Assembly (NCBI GenBank): GCA_023248155.1
Contig: JAHFFE010000003.1
Span: forward strand, 108 to 64,107
Length of the DNA stretch: 64,000 nucleotides
DNA from: Candidatus Omnitrophota bacterium
GTDB taxonomy: Bacteria > Omnitrophota > Gorgyraeia > 1-14-0-20-64-10
Direction: 5' to 3'
Shown: piece after piece, positions 1-9,581 of the stretch
Layout of the letters: the number at the start of each line of letters is the position of its first letter
How positions within the stretch are numbered: the stretch's first letter is position 1
Notes under the pieces: generated by a model
Seen by the model: only the letters and a program-made list of their open reading frames with translations
Database searches by the model: none
Told to the model about the DNA's origin: nothing
Position numbers and translations under genes: made by a program

Positions 1-160
1 TCGGGCATGGGACCCGTGGACACGCTAGGAATGGACTACCCATTCCGTCGCTCTGTCTGCGGCCTTGCCGAGAAACAATTCGATTCGGCCTTCGCCAAGG
101 TCCACTTGCCCCATATCCCGACCCGCCTCTTACCAAACAGACGCTTGAGCTAGAGTGAGA

Positions 161-310
161 GCCACGAAGGGGTTTGCTCTCCGCACCGTGAAGAGCCCGA
201 ACGGCCATGGTGTCCCGCGTTCTTTAGCGGGACGAGTGAGGGCGAAACCCGGAGTGAGGCGAGCACGGTGGAGCGAGACGAACGATGCGGGAGCAAGACC
301 CCTTTGCGGC
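161..310. repeat. Imperfect long inverted repeat / structured intergenic element (MITE- or REP-like)
   Basis: Arm 161-189 GCCACGAAGGGGTTTGCTCTCCGCACCGT is near-complementary to arm 282-310 ACGATGCGGGAGCAAGACCCCTTTGCGGC; internal hairpin GTCCCGC-N8-GCGGGAC at ~212-233; lies just past the folA stop. Confidence 0.55.
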
Positions 311-355
311 GATCGAGTAATGGTAGATGCCCGAGCCGACTCTAGAACAGAGAAG

Positions 356-832
356 TTAAGCGGAGCGGGAGTAGGTGATGAAGGAGTGCGGGAGCGGGTC
401 GGAGAGGTGGTCTTCGCGGGCAGTTTCTTTCCAGCCGGTCTTGTCCCACTTGAAAAAGGTATCGCCCTCAAAATCTTTATGGATTAATGTGAGCTCGATT
501 TTATCGGCCAGCGGAAGTGCCTGTTCAAACAGTGTTGCACCGCCGATGATGAAAGCTTTCGGTTCATTCTCACAGATCAACAGCGCTTTTTCCAAAGAGG
601 AAGCGTTTACCGCACCGCAGCAGGCAAAATCTTTTTGATGCGTGACCACGATGTTGGTGCGGCCCGGCAGCGGTTTGCCGATCGATTCAAATGTTTTGCG
701 TCCCATGATAATCGGATGGCCCATCGTCAGCTGTTTGAACCGCTTTAAATCTTCGGGCAGGCGCCAGGGCAGCTGGCCGTTTTTGCCGATCACGCCGTTT
801 TGGGAGACTGCGACTATAAATGAAACGGTCAT
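356..832 (-). CDS. folA: Dihydrofolate reductase
   Basis: [44 protein letters not shown] motifs; coupled to thyA. Confidence 0.97.
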   Translation of the reverse strand: MTVSFIVAVSQNGVIGKNGQLPWRLPEDLKRFKQLTMGHPIIMGRKTFESIGKPLPGRTNIVVTHQKDFACCGAVNASSLEKALLICENEPKAFIIGGATLFEQALPLADKIELTLIHKDFEGDTFFKWDKTGWKETAREDHLSDPLPHSFITYSRSA

Positions 833-1623
833 ACGGCGATGGGGGCTGAGATGACCGGGTGGAACTGGTAATTTTCCAGAGTGAAATCTTCAAATTTAAA
901 AGCAAAGATCGATTTTACGGCAGGATTCAGTTTCATCGTCGGCAACGGGTACGGTTCGCGCGACAACTGCAGCCGTGCCTGCTCCAGATGATTGGAGTAA
1001 AGGTGGACGTCGCCAAACGAATGAATAAATTCGCCCGGTTTGAGGCCGCAGACCTGGGCCACCATCATCGTTAATAAGGAATACGACGCGATATTAAACG
1101 GCACGCCCAGAAAAACATCGGCGCTGCGCTGGTAAAGTTGGCATGACAGTTTGCCATCGGCCACATAAAACTGGAACAGGCAGTGGCAGGGGGGCAGTTT
1201 CATTTTGTCGACATCAGCCGGGTTCCATGCCGAGACAATCAGCCGGCGCGAATCAGGCCTGGTTTTAATCAGGGTGATCAACTCGCTGATCTGGTCGATC
1301 TTGCGCCCATCGGGGGCGGGCCAGCTGCGCCACTGGTAACCATAGACCGGGCCAAGTTCTCCCTGCGGATCGGCCCAGTCATCCCAGATCGAAACGCCGT
1401 TTTCCTTTAAATACTTAATATTCGTCTCGCCGCGCAAAAACCAGAGCAGTTCATGGATCACCGACTTGGTATGGATCTTCTTGGTGGTCACTAAAGGGAA
1501 GCCGTCGGCCAGGTTAAACCGCATCTGGTAGCCGAAAACGCTTAAGGTTCCGGTTCCGGTCCGGTCAGTTTTTTGGGTGCCGTGCTCCAAAACATGGCGC
1601 AGTAATTGCAGATAAGCTTTCAT
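829..1623 (-). CDS. thyA: Thymidylate synthase
   Basis: [30 protein letters not shown]-terminal IAV; start set at MKAYLQ (ATG 1623). Confidence 0.97.
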   Translation of the reverse strand: MKAYLQLLRHVLEHGTQKTDRTGTGTLSVFGYQMRFNLADGFPLVTTKKIHTKSVIHELLWFLRGETNIKYLKENGVSIWDDWADPQGELGPVYGYQWRSWPAPDGRKIDQISELITLIKTRPDSRRLIVSAWNPADVDKMKLPPCHCLFQFYVADGKLSCQLYQRSADVFLGVPFNIASYSLLTMMVAQVCGLKPGEFIHSFGDVHLYSNHLEQARLQLSREPYPLPTMKLNPAVKSIFAFKFEDFTLENYQFHPVISAPIAV

Positions 1624-1717
1624 AACGCTTTGTATTATACAGGGCAAAAGCGATACGAATCTTAATTTTATGCAATAAGTTCAACTCTCAGGTATACTTC
1701 CTTTGCAAGGTAAAACA

Positions 1718-4700
1718 ATGGCCCAACTACTAATAAAGCGAAGAGGTTTTTTTAGGCGGGTGTTCTTTTTATTTACTCGCTTATTAAGCATTTTGCTTAT
1801 GGGTATATCGCTTGCGCCGCATCTTTTTGCCTATTCGAGCATTCCAGATAATAACGAATGGAATTACAACAATCTCAGGGCGCAGTCTCCATCTGAGACG
1901 GGTTTTGAGGAAAGGATTCGAAAAGAGATCTCTTCCCGTTCTGGCCCCATGGATGCTGCTGGCATGGAGGAGAATCCCTCTTTCTCTTTAGAAAAACCAA
2001 AATTCCCTCGCCTGCACGCGTTACTTCAGCGGGTTAATGAAGAGTTGGAGAAGAGAATTGCTGTTGCTTCCGGTTATGGGAAGATGGCCGAGAAGATGGA
2101 GATTTCTCAAAAGGCTTTAGACAAGGCATCTGATTATGTTGCTTTGCAGAGGCGGTTCCAAGAAGAAATAATGCCGTTTCAGTCTGATCCTGCTGGTTTT
2201 CGGAGATTTCTGGCTGGGCAGGAGTTGCCTCCCTCTGATGTTCTGGAAGAAGCCCGCCGACGTATTGTTCAAAACTCGGAAAACAGACTTCGTGAAACAG
2301 ACATTCTTTTTATAGATAGATCAAACTCATTGATCTGGGCTTTGGCAGGAGCGCTTGAGCCATATTCCATGGAGGCTGAGGATAATGGCGTGTTGTTACA
2401 GGTTGAGGACGCGCAAGGAACTCCTCGGCGATTGGGAGTGATTGCTTACGATGCTGATCGCAGCGATTTTTGGACCCTTCGAGCGTTGGTGCATGAGACA
2501 GGAAATACCCATATCTTGGAATGGGATAGTGCTGGACAGGATCCTCTGCAGGAATGGCTGATCGAGGGGCAGCAACAGTTTTCCGAGTTTGACACGATAA
2601 TGTCTTTCGCCCGCGAACAGAATGATTTCGGAAATGAGGTCCGCTCTCTTATAGAAGAAGCGCATGAGTCAATGCTTTCCGAAGCTGATATGCTCGATGA
2701 TATAGATGACACTGGCAATTTTGACTTTGAGCTCGATGACTCCCCAACCGTTCCCGATCGCATATCGCTTGAAGACAAGTTAAAATGGTTGTTGGAATCT
2801 ACCAATCCTTATGTTGAGAGATCTCGATTGGTTGGCCAACTTAATAATCTGATTGGTGTAGAAACTGTCTACCGGATTGTGTTAACGCGGAAACCGGAAG
2901 ATCTCTTAAAAGAACCCGCAATAGGGCCTCATCGTTATAATGCCCTCCGAATACTGGCGGATGCAATGCCTGCATTTAACCAAAAATATCGTGCGCGAGC
3001 CTATGGTTTTAGCGGTGAGATGTACGAACGGTTTTTGATAAATTTCGGGATAAGCGCGGTGTTGAATAATTACGAATATAACGAAGAGAGCACCCCTCGC
3101 TTAAAAGAATTTATCGAAATTGTCATGCCGTTTTTTCGTAGATTTGACGGAACATTGGCTGTTTTATTTGGGGGAGACAATGATGATCAGCTAAGCATAG
3201 TGGTGCGGGGGATTATTTTATTTGGAGAGGAGTATATGCAAGGGCGGCTGTCACGAGAGAGTATTGAGGAGTGGGTTCCGAGACTATTCAATAGCGCTGT
3301 TCGCTCTGGGAGAAAATTCGCTGATGATATGGTGGATGAAGCAGTCAATTCCGAAAGGCAGATCAGAGAGCTCGTCTCTGCCGCAGGGAAATCATCCGGG
3401 CCGATTCCCGGATGGCCAACGGGTGCGCCTCAGATAGAAGCCAGGGTATTTCGCAAATTTTTACCTTTACGCGAATTACCTCTAAAGCTGGATGGGCCAG
3501 GTGTCCACTCGCCCGAAATTATTGATATGTCGTTTAAGCCGGAAGAAAACGACAGGATTGCGGTAGCGACTTCAGGCGGAACGGTTACCATGTGGAACGC
3601 TGATGCAGGAACCGTTTTTTGGACACAACAGCTGCCCTTTGGAGAAATAACGCATCTGGTATTTGATCCAACCAGAAAGCTTCAGATTGGTTTTCCAGGG
3701 AATGTTTTCTTTATGATGTCAAGACAATGGAGTAGGTTGATAACATTGGAGCCGAAAGGCCATTGGGATCATTCTTGGGATAATTTGGACTCAGCATCAT
3801 TAATTATAACGCCATTGGTGGATGATAATGGCTTCCCGGTTTCTGCTGTTATAAGCGGCCTTTCTATCCACCCCGAAGGCCGTTCCCAGATAGTCGTGAG
3901 TTCTTCCTCTGGAGACGGCGCGTTTCTTGTAGATCCTAGGGACGGCAGTACTAAAACTCTAAAAATTCCCGATAAAACCATTCGGCAGATTGTCTATAAT
4001 TCTGATGGTAAGTGGTTTGTCGCGACGACATCAGCAGGAACCGCTCACATATTGACAGGGAACGGGTTTTTGCCTGTCAGGAATATAGAAATGGGTAATC
4101 CACCAGATCTTTCTGATGCTGTTTTTGATAATGATCGCAGCCGCATGGCTGTTGCGGAAGGTTCAGATGTTAAGATTTGGAACCTCGCTGACAGCAATAA
4201 GGTTGAGCAAAAATCCGCGTTTGGGGGTCGAGTGACAGGATTGACATTTAATCCGAGCGGGGCTTTGCTTGCGGTAGCACGAGAAGATTCCGGCAAAGCC
4301 CATGTTCAAATTTTAGATGCGGCTACCGGGTCGTTGTTGCAGGACCTATCGGCAGGGAACGGAGAAGTTAAAGTTATTCGATTCAGCTATGATGGAAAAA
4401 TTTTGGCGGTTGCGAATCCTCAGGGGGGTATTCAATTGTGGAAGCAATCAGGGCTCGAGGAATCTCGTCTGGTGGAGCAATGGGAGGGGATGCGTTCATC
4501 GGCCGATTCTCTTAGAACGGTCGTGGTGGGTCCCTCGATCGCACGCCAGTTTCCGGCCTTGGAACGGTTGGCGCGGCTGGCTTATCCGCAGATTTTTCTT
4601 GAAGGGGTAAATCGGCTGGATACGATCATTTCGCTGGGTGCCGCCGATATTGATTCCGTTATCTATTACGGTTCGGAGGAAGAAGCGGCCGCTTTCGCGA

Positions 4701-4870
4701 GCGTTGCGGGTGAAGCATTATCGGTTCTCGCGGTAACCCCGGTTCGGTCGAACCTCTTCTTTGTTCAGTTAATGGAAATCTTGAACCAGGTTGGCGTTGA
4801 CCCAGTTGCGTTGTCGAATTCCCTCGAGCGGTTTATTCAGGAGCTTGCCTCGTCCGGCGTTGCCGCGTAA
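1718..4870 (+). CDS. Large secreted modular protein with GxEE motifs; degenerate gluzincin-like region and WD40 beta-propeller
   Basis: Basic + hydrophobic N-terminus (signal peptide); GFEE/GMEE/GLEE motifs; LVHETGNTH...WLIEG; repeated WD40-like units (LTFNPSGALLAVA, FSYDGKILAVA...IQLW). Confidence 0.75.
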   Translation: MAQLLIKRRGFFRRVFFLFTRLLSILLMGISLAPHLFAYSSIPDNNEWNYNNLRAQSPSETGFEERIRKEISSRSGPMDAAGMEENPSFSLEKPKFPRLHALLQRVNEELEKRIAVASGYGKMAEKMEISQKALDKASDYVALQRRFQEEIMPFQSDPAGFRRFLAGQELPPSDVLEEARRRIVQNSENRLRETDILFIDRSNSLIWALAGALEPYSMEAEDNGVLLQVEDAQGTPRRLGVIAYDADRSDFWTLRALVHETGNTHILEWDSAGQDPLQEWLIEGQQQFSEFDTIMSFAREQNDFGNEVRSLIEEAHESMLSEADMLDDIDDTGNFDFELDDSPTVPDRISLEDKLKWLLESTNPYVERSRLVGQLNNLIGVETVYRIVLTRKPEDLLKEPAIGPHRYNALRILADAMPAFNQKYRARAYGFSGEMYERFLINFGISAVLNNYEYNEESTPRLKEFIEIVMPFFRRFDGTLAVLFGGDNDDQLSIVVRGIILFGEEYMQGRLSRESIEEWVPRLFNSAVRSGRKFADDMVDEAVNSERQIRELVSAAGKSSGPIPGWPTGAPQIEARVFRKFLPLRELPLKLDGPGVHSPEIIDMSFKPEENDRIAVATSGGTVTMWNADAGTVFWTQQLPFGEITHLVFDPTRKLQIGFPGNVFFMMSRQWSRLITLEPKGHWDHSWDNLDSASLIITPLVDDNGFPVSAVISGLSIHPEGRSQIVVSSSSGDGAFLVDPRDGSTKTLKIPDKTIRQIVYNSDGKWFVATTSAGTAHILTGNGFLPVRNIEMGNPPDLSDAVFDNDRSRMAVAEGSDVKIWNLADSNKVEQKSAFGGRVTGLTFNPSGALLAVAREDSGKAHVQILDAATGSLLQDLSAGNGEVKVIRFSYDGKILAVANPQGGIQLWKQSGLEESRLVEQWEGMRSSADSLRTVVVGPSIARQFPALERLARLAYPQIFLEGVNRLDTIISLGAADIDSVIYYGSEEEAAAFASVAGEALSVLAVTPVRSNLFFVQLMEILNQVGVDPVALSNSLERFIQELASSGVAA

Positions 4871-4936
4871 TCGCTGCCGGTTCTTGTAATCATGTATCCT
4901 GCGTGTTAAAATTATTGATTCACCTCACTCCTTGTT

Positions 4937-5290
4937 ATGATTGAATACGCCGGAATCTTAATTATGTTCTTACTCGCTGCGCTGCTAGGCGCGGCGTTTA
5001 TTGTACTGGCCAGCACGCTGGGCCCGAAGAAGCCGTCTGCCGTCAAATCCGAGGCATTCGAGTGCGGCGAAAAGGCCTTTTCGATGCCGACGGGCCGGTT
5101 TGCCGTGAAATTCTACCTGGTTGGAATGCTGTTCATCCTCTTCGATGTGGAAATGGTTTTTCTTTTACCGTGGGCGGTTGTTTGCCGCCAGCTGGGCACG
5201 CGCGGTTTCGTTGAAATGCTGATCTTTTTGGGATTGGTGATGGTCGGGTTTGTTTACGCCTGGAAAAAGGGCGCGTTTAATTGGGAATAA
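4937..5290 (+). CDS. nuoA: NADH-quinone oxidoreductase subunit A
   Basis: FECG, FILFDVE, WKKGAFNW. Confidence 0.96.
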   Translation: MIEYAGILIMFLLAALLGAAFIVLASTLGPKKPSAVKSEAFECGEKAFSMPTGRFAVKFYLVGMLFILFDVEMVFLLPWAVVCRQLGTRGFVEMLIFLGLVMVGFVYAWKKGAFNWE

Positions 5291-5299
5291 GAGGCAACC

Positions 5300-5815
5300 A
5301 TGTTCGCCGGTGAAAATTTTATAACAAGTAAACTGGATGACGCGATCGGCTGGTGCCGTAAGTTTTCGCTGTTCCAGTATCCGTTCGTGACCGCCTGCTG
5401 CGGTATGGAATATATGGCGACCGCCTGTTCCCATTACGATGTCGACCGTTTCGGCGCCGGATTCCCGCGCTTTTCGCCGCGCCAGGCCGATGTATTATTT
5501 GTCGTCGGTACGATCAGCCACAAAATGGCGCCGGTGCTCAAGCGGATTTGCGACCAGATGGCCGAGCCCAAATGGATCGTGGCGTTCGGCGTTTGCACCT
5601 GCACGGGCGGTTTTTACGATAATTACGCGACGGTGCAGGGAATCGATACGATCGTTCCGGTTGATGTGTATATCCCAGGCTGCCCGCCGCGCCCCGAGAA
5701 TGTGCTCGATGGCTTGATCAAATTGCAGGACCGTATCCAGCAGCAGCATGGCACCGGCATCCGGCCGGTCTTAACCCCAGAAGATAGAGCTCGTGAACGT
5801 TCCTTTACTGTCTGA
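5300..5815 (+). CDS. nuoB: NADH-quinone oxidoreductase subunit B
   Basis: [26 protein letters not shown]. Confidence 0.97.
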   Translation: MFAGENFITSKLDDAIGWCRKFSLFQYPFVTACCGMEYMATACSHYDVDRFGAGFPRFSPRQADVLFVVGTISHKMAPVLKRICDQMAEPKWIVAFGVCTCTGGFYDNYATVQGIDTIVPVDVYIPGCPPRPENVLDGLIKLQDRIQQQHGTGIRPVLTPEDRARERSFTV

Positions 5816-6377
5816 TCAGATTAAATCCAAATTCCCGGATGCCGTGATTGCCGCGCATCAGTATCGCGGCGATGACACGGTCACGATCCGCCCCGAATCG
5901 ATCGTTCGCGTGGCGCAAACGCTGCGCGATGATCCGGCATTTCAGATGAATCTGCTGATGGATCTGACCGCTGTGGATTATTCGAAATTCGCCCAGGAGC
6001 CGCAGGGCAAGGGCGGCCATATCAACGCCGGCATCGCCTTGAAACAGCCGTCCGATATTCCCGATGCTAATCCCTGGCCGGGACCGGCAACGCAGGCCCG
6101 TTTCGAAGTGGTCTATCATTTTGTCTCTCTTCCGTTGAAGCACCGTCTGCGCGTCAAGGTTCCCGTTGAAGAATCCAAGCCGGAAATCGATTCGATCTCC
6201 GCGTTGTGGGGCGGGGCCAACTGGTTTGAGCGCGAAGTCTGGGACATGTTCGGCATCCGGTTCACCGGCCATCCGAACCTGAAACGAATTTTGATGTACG
6301 CACAATTTGAGGGACATCCGCTCCGCAAAGATTATCCTGTGACTCAGCGCCAGCCGCTGATCGGCCCGAACAATTAA
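5793..6377 (+). CDS. nuoC: NADH-quinone oxidoreductase subunit C
   Basis: DLTAVDY, EREVWDMFGIRF, GHPLRKDYP; GTG start. Confidence 0.95.
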   Translation: MNVPLLSDQIKSKFPDAVIAAHQYRGDDTVTIRPESIVRVAQTLRDDPAFQMNLLMDLTAVDYSKFAQEPQGKGGHINAGIALKQPSDIPDANPWPGPATQARFEVVYHFVSLPLKHRLRVKVPVEESKPEIDSISALWGGANWFEREVWDMFGIRFTGHPNLKRILMYAQFEGHPLRKDYPVTQRQPLIGPNN

Positions 6378-6378
6378 A

Positions 6379-7773
6379 GTGGAACAACCGCAAAAAACAG
6401 TACAGCAGCAATTGGAAACGGCCACCCGGTCGTACGATCCGAATACCGGACTTGAGACGCGCGATATGCTGCTCAACATCGGTCCGTCGCATCCGGCCAT
6501 GCACGGCATCATCCGCATCGTTGCCAAGCTTGACGGGGAAACGCTCAAGGATATCGATGTTGAAATCGGCTACCTGCACCGCGCCTTCGAAAAAATGTCC
6601 GAAACGGTCAGCTACAACGGCGTGATGCCGTATACCGACCGGCTCAACTATGTTTCTCCGCTGATCAACAACATGGGCTACTGCATGGCCATCGAGAAAC
6701 TGCTCGATCTGCCGGTGTCCGAGCGCGCGCATTATATCCGCGTGATCATGTCCGAGATTTCCCGCGTCACCGACCATTTAACCTGCGTCGGCGCCAGCGC
6801 CATGGAGTTGGGGGCCTTTACCGTCTTCCTTTATATGATCAAGGCGCGCGAATATCTCTGGGAATTAGTGGAAGTAGTCACCGGCGCTCGTTTAACAATT
6901 TCTTACTGCCGCGTCGGTGGTTTAAAGAGCGACCTGCCGGAAGGTTTCGCCGAAAAAACGCATGCCGCGTTTGCCGAGGTGCGCAAGGTTCTGGTTGAAG
7001 TCGATCAGCTGATCACGCGCAACCGGATTTTCTTCGACCGCATGAAGGGAACCGGCAAGATCTCCAAAGAAGACGCGCTTTCGTATGGAATGACCGGTCC
7101 GTTTCTGCGTTCGACCGGTGTCAATTATGATGTGCGCAAAGATTTCCCGTACGCGATCTACGATCAGGTGAAATTCGAGGTTCCGCTGGGAACTTCCGGC
7201 GACAACCTCGACCGCTACTATGTCCGCATGGAAGAGATGGAACAGTCGATGCGGATCGTCGAGCAGTGCCTCAAGCAGATTCCGGGCGGTCCGGTGGCGG
7301 TTGATCCGCAGACCGGTAAGCCGATGGAAGCGTCTGAAATGGTCGACCGCGCCAAGATGGGCCAGATCGACAAGATCACCGACAAGATTGCCATTACCGA
7401 TCCGACGCTCGAAGGTTCCGATTCACGCGTGCACGATAAAATTCTGGTTTCCGAGAAGCGCGTTTCGTTGCCGGCAAAAGAAGATACCTACGGCAACATC
7501 GAAGGATTGATGAACCACTTTAAACTGGTGATGTTCGGCCATGGCATCCGTCCGCCGAAGGGCGAAGTCTATTTCCCGGTCGAAGGGGCCAACGGCGAGC
7601 TTGGTTTTTATGTCGTCAGCGACGGAACCGATAAAGCGTACCGTGTGCGCGTCCGTCCGCCGTGCTTTACGATTATGTCCGGTCTGCATAAATTATTGGT
7701 GGGCGAGCAGATGGCTGATATGGTTCCCACATTTGGTTCCGTCAATATGATCGGCGGAGAGCTCGACCGCTAA
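6379..7773 (+). CDS. nuoD: NADH-quinone oxidoreductase subunit D
   Basis: NIGPSHPAMHG, GYLHR, DRLNY, C-terminal GELDR; GTG start. Confidence 0.96.
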   Translation: MEQPQKTVQQQLETATRSYDPNTGLETRDMLLNIGPSHPAMHGIIRIVAKLDGETLKDIDVEIGYLHRAFEKMSETVSYNGVMPYTDRLNYVSPLINNMGYCMAIEKLLDLPVSERAHYIRVIMSEISRVTDHLTCVGASAMELGAFTVFLYMIKAREYLWELVEVVTGARLTISYCRVGGLKSDLPEGFAEKTHAAFAEVRKVLVEVDQLITRNRIFFDRMKGTGKISKEDALSYGMTGPFLRSTGVNYDVRKDFPYAIYDQVKFEVPLGTSGDNLDRYYVRMEEMEQSMRIVEQCLKQIPGGPVAVDPQTGKPMEASEMVDRAKMGQIDKITDKIAITDPTLEGSDSRVHDKILVSEKRVSLPAKEDTYGNIEGLMNHFKLVMFGHGIRPPKGEVYFPVEGANGELGFYVVSDGTDKAYRVRVRPPCFTIMSGLHKLLVGEQMADMVPTFGSVNMIGGELDR

Positions 7774-9581
7774 TGCAGAACTTTGATTTTACGAAATTAG
7801 AGGCGAAGGCCGCTGAAATCCTGGGCCGCTACGAAGAGAAGCGGGCCGCCACATTGCCGCTGCTCTGGCTGGTTCAGGAAACATTCGGCCATATTCCGCC
7901 GGAAGGCGAGGCCTGGGTCGGACAGAAGGTCGACAAGAGCATCGCCCATGTGCGCGAGGTCGTTTCGTTCTACACCCTTTATCACACGCAGCCGATCGGC
8001 AAACAGCATATTCAGGTCTGTGTTTCCACGCCCTGCATGCTGCGCGGCGCCAAGAAAGTAATCGCCCAGCTCGAAGAAAAATTGGGCATCGGCGTCGGGC
8101 AGACCACGCGCGACGGCAAAATCACTCTTTCAACGGTTGAATGTCTCTGTGCCTGTGAATCGGCGCCCATGGCGCAGGTGAATGATGATTACACCGGTAT
8201 TCTTGATGCCGCTGCGATTGATTCATTGGTCAAGCAGGCAACGCAATCCCCCGAAAAGCCGGTTCAATTACCCGAGCCGACGGCCTATATTGCCACCGAC
8301 GGCCCCGTCATCTCCCAGCGGTTCAAGAATGTGAACGGAACCTGGTTTGATGCGTATGTCGCCGACGGCGGTTATCAGGGCGCCAAGAAAGCGCTCGGCA
8401 TGCAGCCCCAGCAGATCATCGATGAAGTGATCAAATCCAATTTGCGCGGTTTGGGTGGCGCCGGTTTCCCGACGGGTAAGAAATGGAGTTTTATCCCGAA
8501 GGACAATCCGAAACCGAAATATCTGGTGGTCAACGCCGACGAGGGCGAACCCGGAACTTTTAAAGACCGTTATATTCTTGAGCGCGATCCGCACGCGTTA
8601 ATCGAAGGAATGATTATCGCCGCCTTTGCGATCGGTTCGCACAAGGCCTACATCTATATTCGCGGCGAATATGTCCGCTCAATCGAGCGAACCAATAAAG
8701 CGGTTGCCGAAGCGTATGCCAAAGGCTGGCTCGGCAAGAATATTCAGGGCAGTGGGTTTGATCTCGACATTGTCGTGCACCGCGGCGCCGGCGCTTACAT
8801 CTGCGGCGAAGAAACCGCGCTCTTAAGTTCACTCGAAGGCAGTAAAGGTTTTCCAAAATTAAAGCCGCCGTTCCCGGCGATCTCCGGTTTATTTAAATCA
8901 CCGACGATCGTCAACAATGTGGAAACGCTGGCATCGGTCTCGCATATTCTGCGCAACGGCGCCGAGTGGTACGCCAAAATCGGTACCGCCAAGCAGGGCG
9001 GCACGCGGTTATTCAGCGTCTCGGGCCATGTGGTTCGCCCCGGTGTTTATGAAGCGCCGGTCAGCGTGACACTGCGCGACTTGATCTACAAATATGGGCA
9101 GGGAATTCCCGGCGGCAAGAAATTGAAGGCCGTCGTTCCGGGCGGTATCTCAGCCAAGATTTTACGCGCCGATGAAATTGATGTGGCGATGGACTTTGAT
9201 TCGCTCATGGCGGTTGGTACGATGGCCGGTTCCGGCGGTGTGATCGTAATGGATGAAACCACCTGTATGGTCGACGCGCTGAAAGCGGCGTCACACTTTT
9301 TCGCCGATGAGTCATGCGGGCAGTGCTCGCCGTGCCGCGAAGGATCGGGCTGGTTGTTTAAGATGGTCAGCCGCGTTTCCAGAGGCCAGGGCAAGACCGA
9401 CGATATTCCAAACATGCTCACCACGGCTGCAGCGATGGAAGGCAAGACCATCTGTGTGTTTGCCGACGCGGCTGCCTGGCCGGTGCAGAGCTACATCAAT
9501 AAATTCCGTTCCGAGTTTGATCATCATATCGCCACCGGCAAGTGCGATATCGCGCAAACAACAGCCAAGGTTTCTGTCTGA
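7773..9581 (+). CDS. nuoF: Fused NADH-quinone oxidoreductase subunits E and F
   Basis: N-terminal NuoE (CVSTPC...CLCAC) fused to NuoF (LRGLGGAGFPTG, NADEGEPG, GAGAYICGEETA, ESCGQCSPCREG). Confidence 0.93.
   Translation: MQNFDFTKLEAKAAEILGRYEEKRAATLPLLWLVQETFGHIPPEGEAWVGQKVDKSIAHVREVVSFYTLYHTQPIGKQHIQVCVSTPCMLRGAKKVIAQLEEKLGIGVGQTTRDGKITLSTVECLCACESAPMAQVNDDYTGILDAAAIDSLVKQATQSPEKPVQLPEPTAYIATDGPVISQRFKNVNGTWFDAYVADGGYQGAKKALGMQPQQIIDEVIKSNLRGLGGAGFPTGKKWSFIPKDNPKPKYLVVNADEGEPGTFKDRYILERDPHALIEGMIIAAFAIGSHKAYIYIRGEYVRSIERTNKAVAEAYAKGWLGKNIQGSGFDLDIVVHRGAGAYICGEETALLSSLEGSKGFPKLKPPFPAISGLFKSPTIVNNVETLASVSHILRNGAEWYAKIGTAKQGGTRLFSVSGHVVRPGVYEAPVSVTLRDLIYKYGQGIPGGKKLKAVVPGGISAKILRADEIDVAMDFDSLMAVGTMAGSGGVIVMDETTCMVDALKAASHFFADESCGQCSPCREGSGWLFKMVSRVSRGQGKTDDIPNMLTTAAAMEGKTICVFADAAAWPVQSYINKFRSEFDHHIATGKCDIAQTTAKVSV

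Noticed and set aside
130-487. ORFs 130-471 (-) and 155-487 (+)
   Set aside because: They overlap folA and the inverted-repeat element and show no family motifs; likely spurious.
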